Below are positions 61,223 to 64,000 of a stretch of DNA of 64,000 bases, piece after piece. Under the pieces are notes generated by a model. It did not search any database. It was not told where the DNA came from and worked only from the letters and a program-made list of their open reading frames with translations. The DNA is from Alphaproteobacteria bacterium (GTDB lineage: Bacteria > Pseudomonadota > Alphaproteobacteria > SMXP01), in NCBI GenBank assembly GCA_028280675.1, contig JANQLI010000129.1, positions 1,833 through 65,832 of the forward strand, written 5' to 3'. The translations under genes and the position numbers were made by a program. Numbering within the stretch: the stretch's first letter is position 1; the number at the start of each line of letters is the position of its first letter.

Positions 61223-62199
61223 ACACGCAAGGGTCAAACGCGTTTTTCCAAGGCCGGTCCGTTCTGGTGACCGGAGCAACCGGGTTTATCGGCTCACACC
61301 TCACGCGGGCGCTTGTGAAGCAAGGTGCAGAGGTTACGGCGCTTGTCCGCGCCAGCAGCAAAACAGATCGTATTAACGATCTGCGCGAACAGATTTTATT
61401 TGCTGAAGGTGACTTAGAAAATCTCGCGTCGTTAGAAGAAGCAATTAGCACAACGAAACCCGAAATCATTTATCACCTCGCTTATGCCACATCTGTACGA
61501 TCAAATGACAATCCCGTTGAGGCCTTACAAACCAGTTTACGTGTGAATGTGCAAGGGAGCATCAATCTCTTACAAGCTGCCCACACACATAAAGACACCA
61601 TTAAAAAATTTATTCGCGCAGGCGGACTCGAAGAATATGGCGATGGAGAGGTACCTTACCAGGAGGGTCAGCGTGAAAAACCCATCTCCGCTTATTCTGC
61701 GAGCCAAGTTGCGCTAACGCATTACGGCCAAATGTTCCAACAGGTCACCCCTATCGAGCTTATCACTCTACGCCTTGCTCTTGTCTATGGACCATATCAG
61801 TCTGACTCCTTCTTTATCCCTTCTCTCATTAAGCACTGCCTCGCCAACAAACAATTTAACATGACCAAAGGCACCCAGCGCCGCGATTACCTCTATATTG
61901 ATGATGCAATTAAGGGCTTACTTTCAGCCGGACGCACTGCAAAGCTGCACGGCTGCGTCATCAATATAGCGAGCAGCAAGGCGTATGCCATGAACGACAT
62001 CGTGGATAAGATTTGTTCCCTTACGGATTATAGCGGCATCATTCTCCGTGATAAGCTCTCACGCCGCTTTATAGACATTGACAATCTTGTGGCAGATAAT
62101 CGTCACGCGAAGATGCGCCTGCAGTGGCAACCAAAATGGCGGCTAGACGATGGATTACGCGAAACTGTGAACTGGCATAAAGGCCAGATGAAAGACTAA
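61219..62199 (+). CDS. NAD-dependent epimerase/dehydratase family protein
   Basis: VLVTGATGFIGSHL Rossmann motif, YxxxK, 326 aa. It is not RfbD-like. Confidence 0.65.
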   Translation: MNTQGSNAFFQGRSVLVTGATGFIGSHLTRALVKQGAEVTALVRASSKTDRINDLREQILFAEGDLENLASLEEAISTTKPEIIYHLAYATSVRSNDNPVEALQTSLRVNVQGSINLLQAAHTHKDTIKKFIRAGGLEEYGDGEVPYQEGQREKPISAYSASQVALTHYGQMFQQVTPIELITLRLALVYGPYQSDSFFIPSLIKHCLANKQFNMTKGTQRRDYLYIDDAIKGLLSAGRTAKLHGCVINIASSKAYAMNDIVDKICSLTDYSGIILRDKLSRRFIDIDNLVADNRHAKMRLQWQPKWRLDDGLRETVNWHKGQMKD

Positions 62200-62219
62200 C
62201 ACATTACTTTTGCGTCTCT

Positions 62220-63959
62220 TTACTTGTCCAAACATGTTGCAAGATCCAATGAGAGTGTCTTTAATGTGATCTTCGGGTTGATCGATGGGGCATCAACATA
62301 TGTTATTCCAGAGTTATCAGATTGATGAGCCGTTAGATCAAATCCGGTTCTTATAAATGATTGATAATTTTTAACGGCTTTTTGAGTCTCCAGGTGCCTT
62401 TGCAAACGGGTCTTTTTTCGTTTCTGATTTTTCATACTTTGCAATTTTTGACTGATGTCATTTTGGAATAGTGCGAGATGCGTGGGAAGAACAAAGAGGG
62501 CCTGTTCTGACGTTGATATTTCACAAGATGGCAACGCCAACGCATCTACAATTTCATACTTATGCCGTAAACGATTCAAGTCAGGGGCTTGAAAATGTAA
62601 TTCACGTGATAAATAGAGCGGTATATCTAGATTTTGAGCATTGAGCTCATCGATGATAACACTGCGGGTTTCTGTATGAATTGCGACGGCCCAAGCTTTG
62701 GGCCATACCTCAAAACTTTTCTGCCCAAGTAAAATAAAGACCACAATAATAACAGGAAATACTGCAGCATTCTGTTGTTGAGGGAGAAACGCGATAAGAG
62801 CCCGCCGCAGAAATTTATGTATGACAAATAACCCACAAACAAAAAAGACAGACAAAAAGGGGTATAGTTGCACATAGTTGCGGTGGAAGTTGACCTTCAT
62901 ACTGGTCATAAACAAGAAAAACACAAAAGGGTAGATCAGCAAAAAGGCAATATCTCTTTTATAGTAAGCAGCACCGACTCCGAATAGAATGATCAAACTG
63001 GCAACTGCGCCTATGTTTTCATTGAATGTGCGCAATTGAAACAACATATGCGATAGACCAGGCTCGGAGGTGAAATCCGGACCATGGCCCGCAACGCTGT
63101 AATGATTGAACTCTCTTAAAAGTGCAGCGACAAAATCGTTCACCTCAATCACAGAATAAGGCATCGCTAGAACAAATGTGAGAGGAGGCACAAGAAAAAG
63201 GATTGCAAACTGACGGGGGGAAGGCGTCTGCCCAGTTGTGCGCCAGTGCAGGAGGAATGCCGCAAGGGGCATAAGGCCTACGAGGCCAGAATTATATTTC
63301 ACAGCGACAGCACATCCCATTGCAATGAGACTGACGATAAAATCACGCTCCAACTTTTCTTGTTTGTAACGTAGCGCATAGTAAGTGCAGACAATAACAA
63401 AAAATGCAACCGGTGTATCCGGTGTTGTGCGGATACCGTGTGTAATATGAAAAGGGATCACAGCGAGAAATAATGCCGCCGTAAACGAAAGCCATTTATT
63501 CTGGAAAATTCTTTGTACGATTAAGTATGTGAAAACAACCATGCCTGCGCTCATTAGCGCCGTCAGCATGCGATTCCAATACACAAAACCGGGGTGGGAC
63601 ACATCCCAATACCACCCCGTATCGACCGCAATTTTGACCTCATCCATGCTTGCCATATGATAAGGCGAAGACACGGGAAGCGCATGGCGAATAGCAAAGT
63701 AGATCGTATCAACAAACGCACTGAGATAGATCGGCAGCGACCCATAACTATAGAAATGCGGGTTGAGGGTCCCCTCGCGCAACATGCCGAGCGCATAGCT
63801 AACGGTTTGCGGTTCATCCCAATAATGAAGGTAAGGAAGCCCGTTGCCGACCTGTAACGCACGCAAAATAAAAGCCACGGCAAAGGCCAACCCTAGCAGG
63901 TAATATTTTTTCATCACGCGGGACATACCTGAGAGTAGAATGCTCCTCATGATTCTCAA
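62220..63959 (-). CDS. GT39/ArnT/PMT-like membrane glycosyltransferase (lipid-carrier dependent)
   Basis: Multi-TM N-terminal region with a DE-containing first periplasmic loop (YWDEPQT), in a protein of about 560 aa. A start at 63911 (MKKYY) is possible. Confidence 0.6.
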   Translation of the reverse strand: MRIMRSILLSGMSRVMKKYYLLGLAFAVAFILRALQVGNGLPYLHYWDEPQTVSYALGMLREGTLNPHFYSYGSLPIYLSAFVDTIYFAIRHALPVSSPYHMASMDEVKIAVDTGWYWDVSHPGFVYWNRMLTALMSAGMVVFTYLIVQRIFQNKWLSFTAALFLAVIPFHITHGIRTTPDTPVAFFVIVCTYYALRYKQEKLERDFIVSLIAMGCAVAVKYNSGLVGLMPLAAFLLHWRTTGQTPSPRQFAILFLVPPLTFVLAMPYSVIEVNDFVAALLREFNHYSVAGHGPDFTSEPGLSHMLFQLRTFNENIGAVASLIILFGVGAAYYKRDIAFLLIYPFVFFLFMTSMKVNFHRNYVQLYPFLSVFFVCGLFVIHKFLRRALIAFLPQQQNAAVFPVIIVVFILLGQKSFEVWPKAWAVAIHTETRSVIIDELNAQNLDIPLYLSRELHFQAPDLNRLRHKYEIVDALALPSCEISTSEQALFVLPTHLALFQNDISQKLQSMKNQKRKKTRLQRHLETQKAVKNYQSFIRTGFDLTAHQSDNSGITYVDAPSINPKITLKTLSLDLATCLDK

Positions 63960-64000
63960 GAGGTAATTTGCAAAAGAGATGGAGATTAGGTGAGGAGAGC

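Noticed and set aside
1-64000. Searched for tRNA/rRNA genes, CRISPR repeats, IS elements, integrases and toxin-antitoxin pairs
   Set aside because: No intergenic gap of at least 75 nt shows tRNA-like T-arm/anticodon-arm structure. There are no regularly spaced direct repeats. No ORF has transposase or integrase motifs (DDE, tyrosine recombinase R..H..Y).

Overview
This window reads as an alphaproteobacterial chromosomal segment. Most of it is a GC-rich core (about 55-60% GC by eye) carrying recognisable housekeeping genes: gpsA (3' end), acs, argG, pyrF, htpX, rsmB, rpe, purH, a giant NAD-specific glutamate dehydrogenase, and two paralogous LLM-type flavin oxidoreductases. Three lower-GC accessory stretches interrupt it. 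(1) About 2.75-3.5 kb: a hypothetical gene divergent from acs. (2) About 5.46-6.8 kb: two divergent lipoprotein genes between acs and argG. (3) About 40.3-64 kb: a large surface-glycan biosynthesis cluster. Between the core and the cluster lies a copper-associated block, with a CueR-type MerR regulator, an MFS transporter, a PQQ-dependent dehydrogenase, a small His-rich secreted protein and a multicopper oxidase whose C-terminus looks like CopB. This is followed by fghA and convergent rfbC-rfbA-rfbB (no rfbD seen). The glycan cluster contains a GT2+GT4 fusion enzyme, a putative DXD glycosyltransferase, and two proteins sharing a P-loop sulfotransferase-like domain. One of those also carries a long coiled coil and a GT4 domain. 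The cluster continues with an OafA-type acyltransferase, three tandem GT61/DUF563 paralogs, a minus-strand sulfotransferase-like gene, a complete CDP-3,6-dideoxyhexose pathway (ddhD-A-B-C) plus a CDP-paratose/abequose-synthase-like reductase, an NDP-hexose C-methyltransferase-like gene, an epimerase and a GT39/ArnT-like membrane transferase. A tandem triplet of divergent small secreted paralogs of unknown family (11.85-13.17 kb) also stands out. I could not recognise any rRNA, tRNA, CRISPR array, transposase or integrase. All calls rest on reading the ORF translations for family motifs; no database search was possible.
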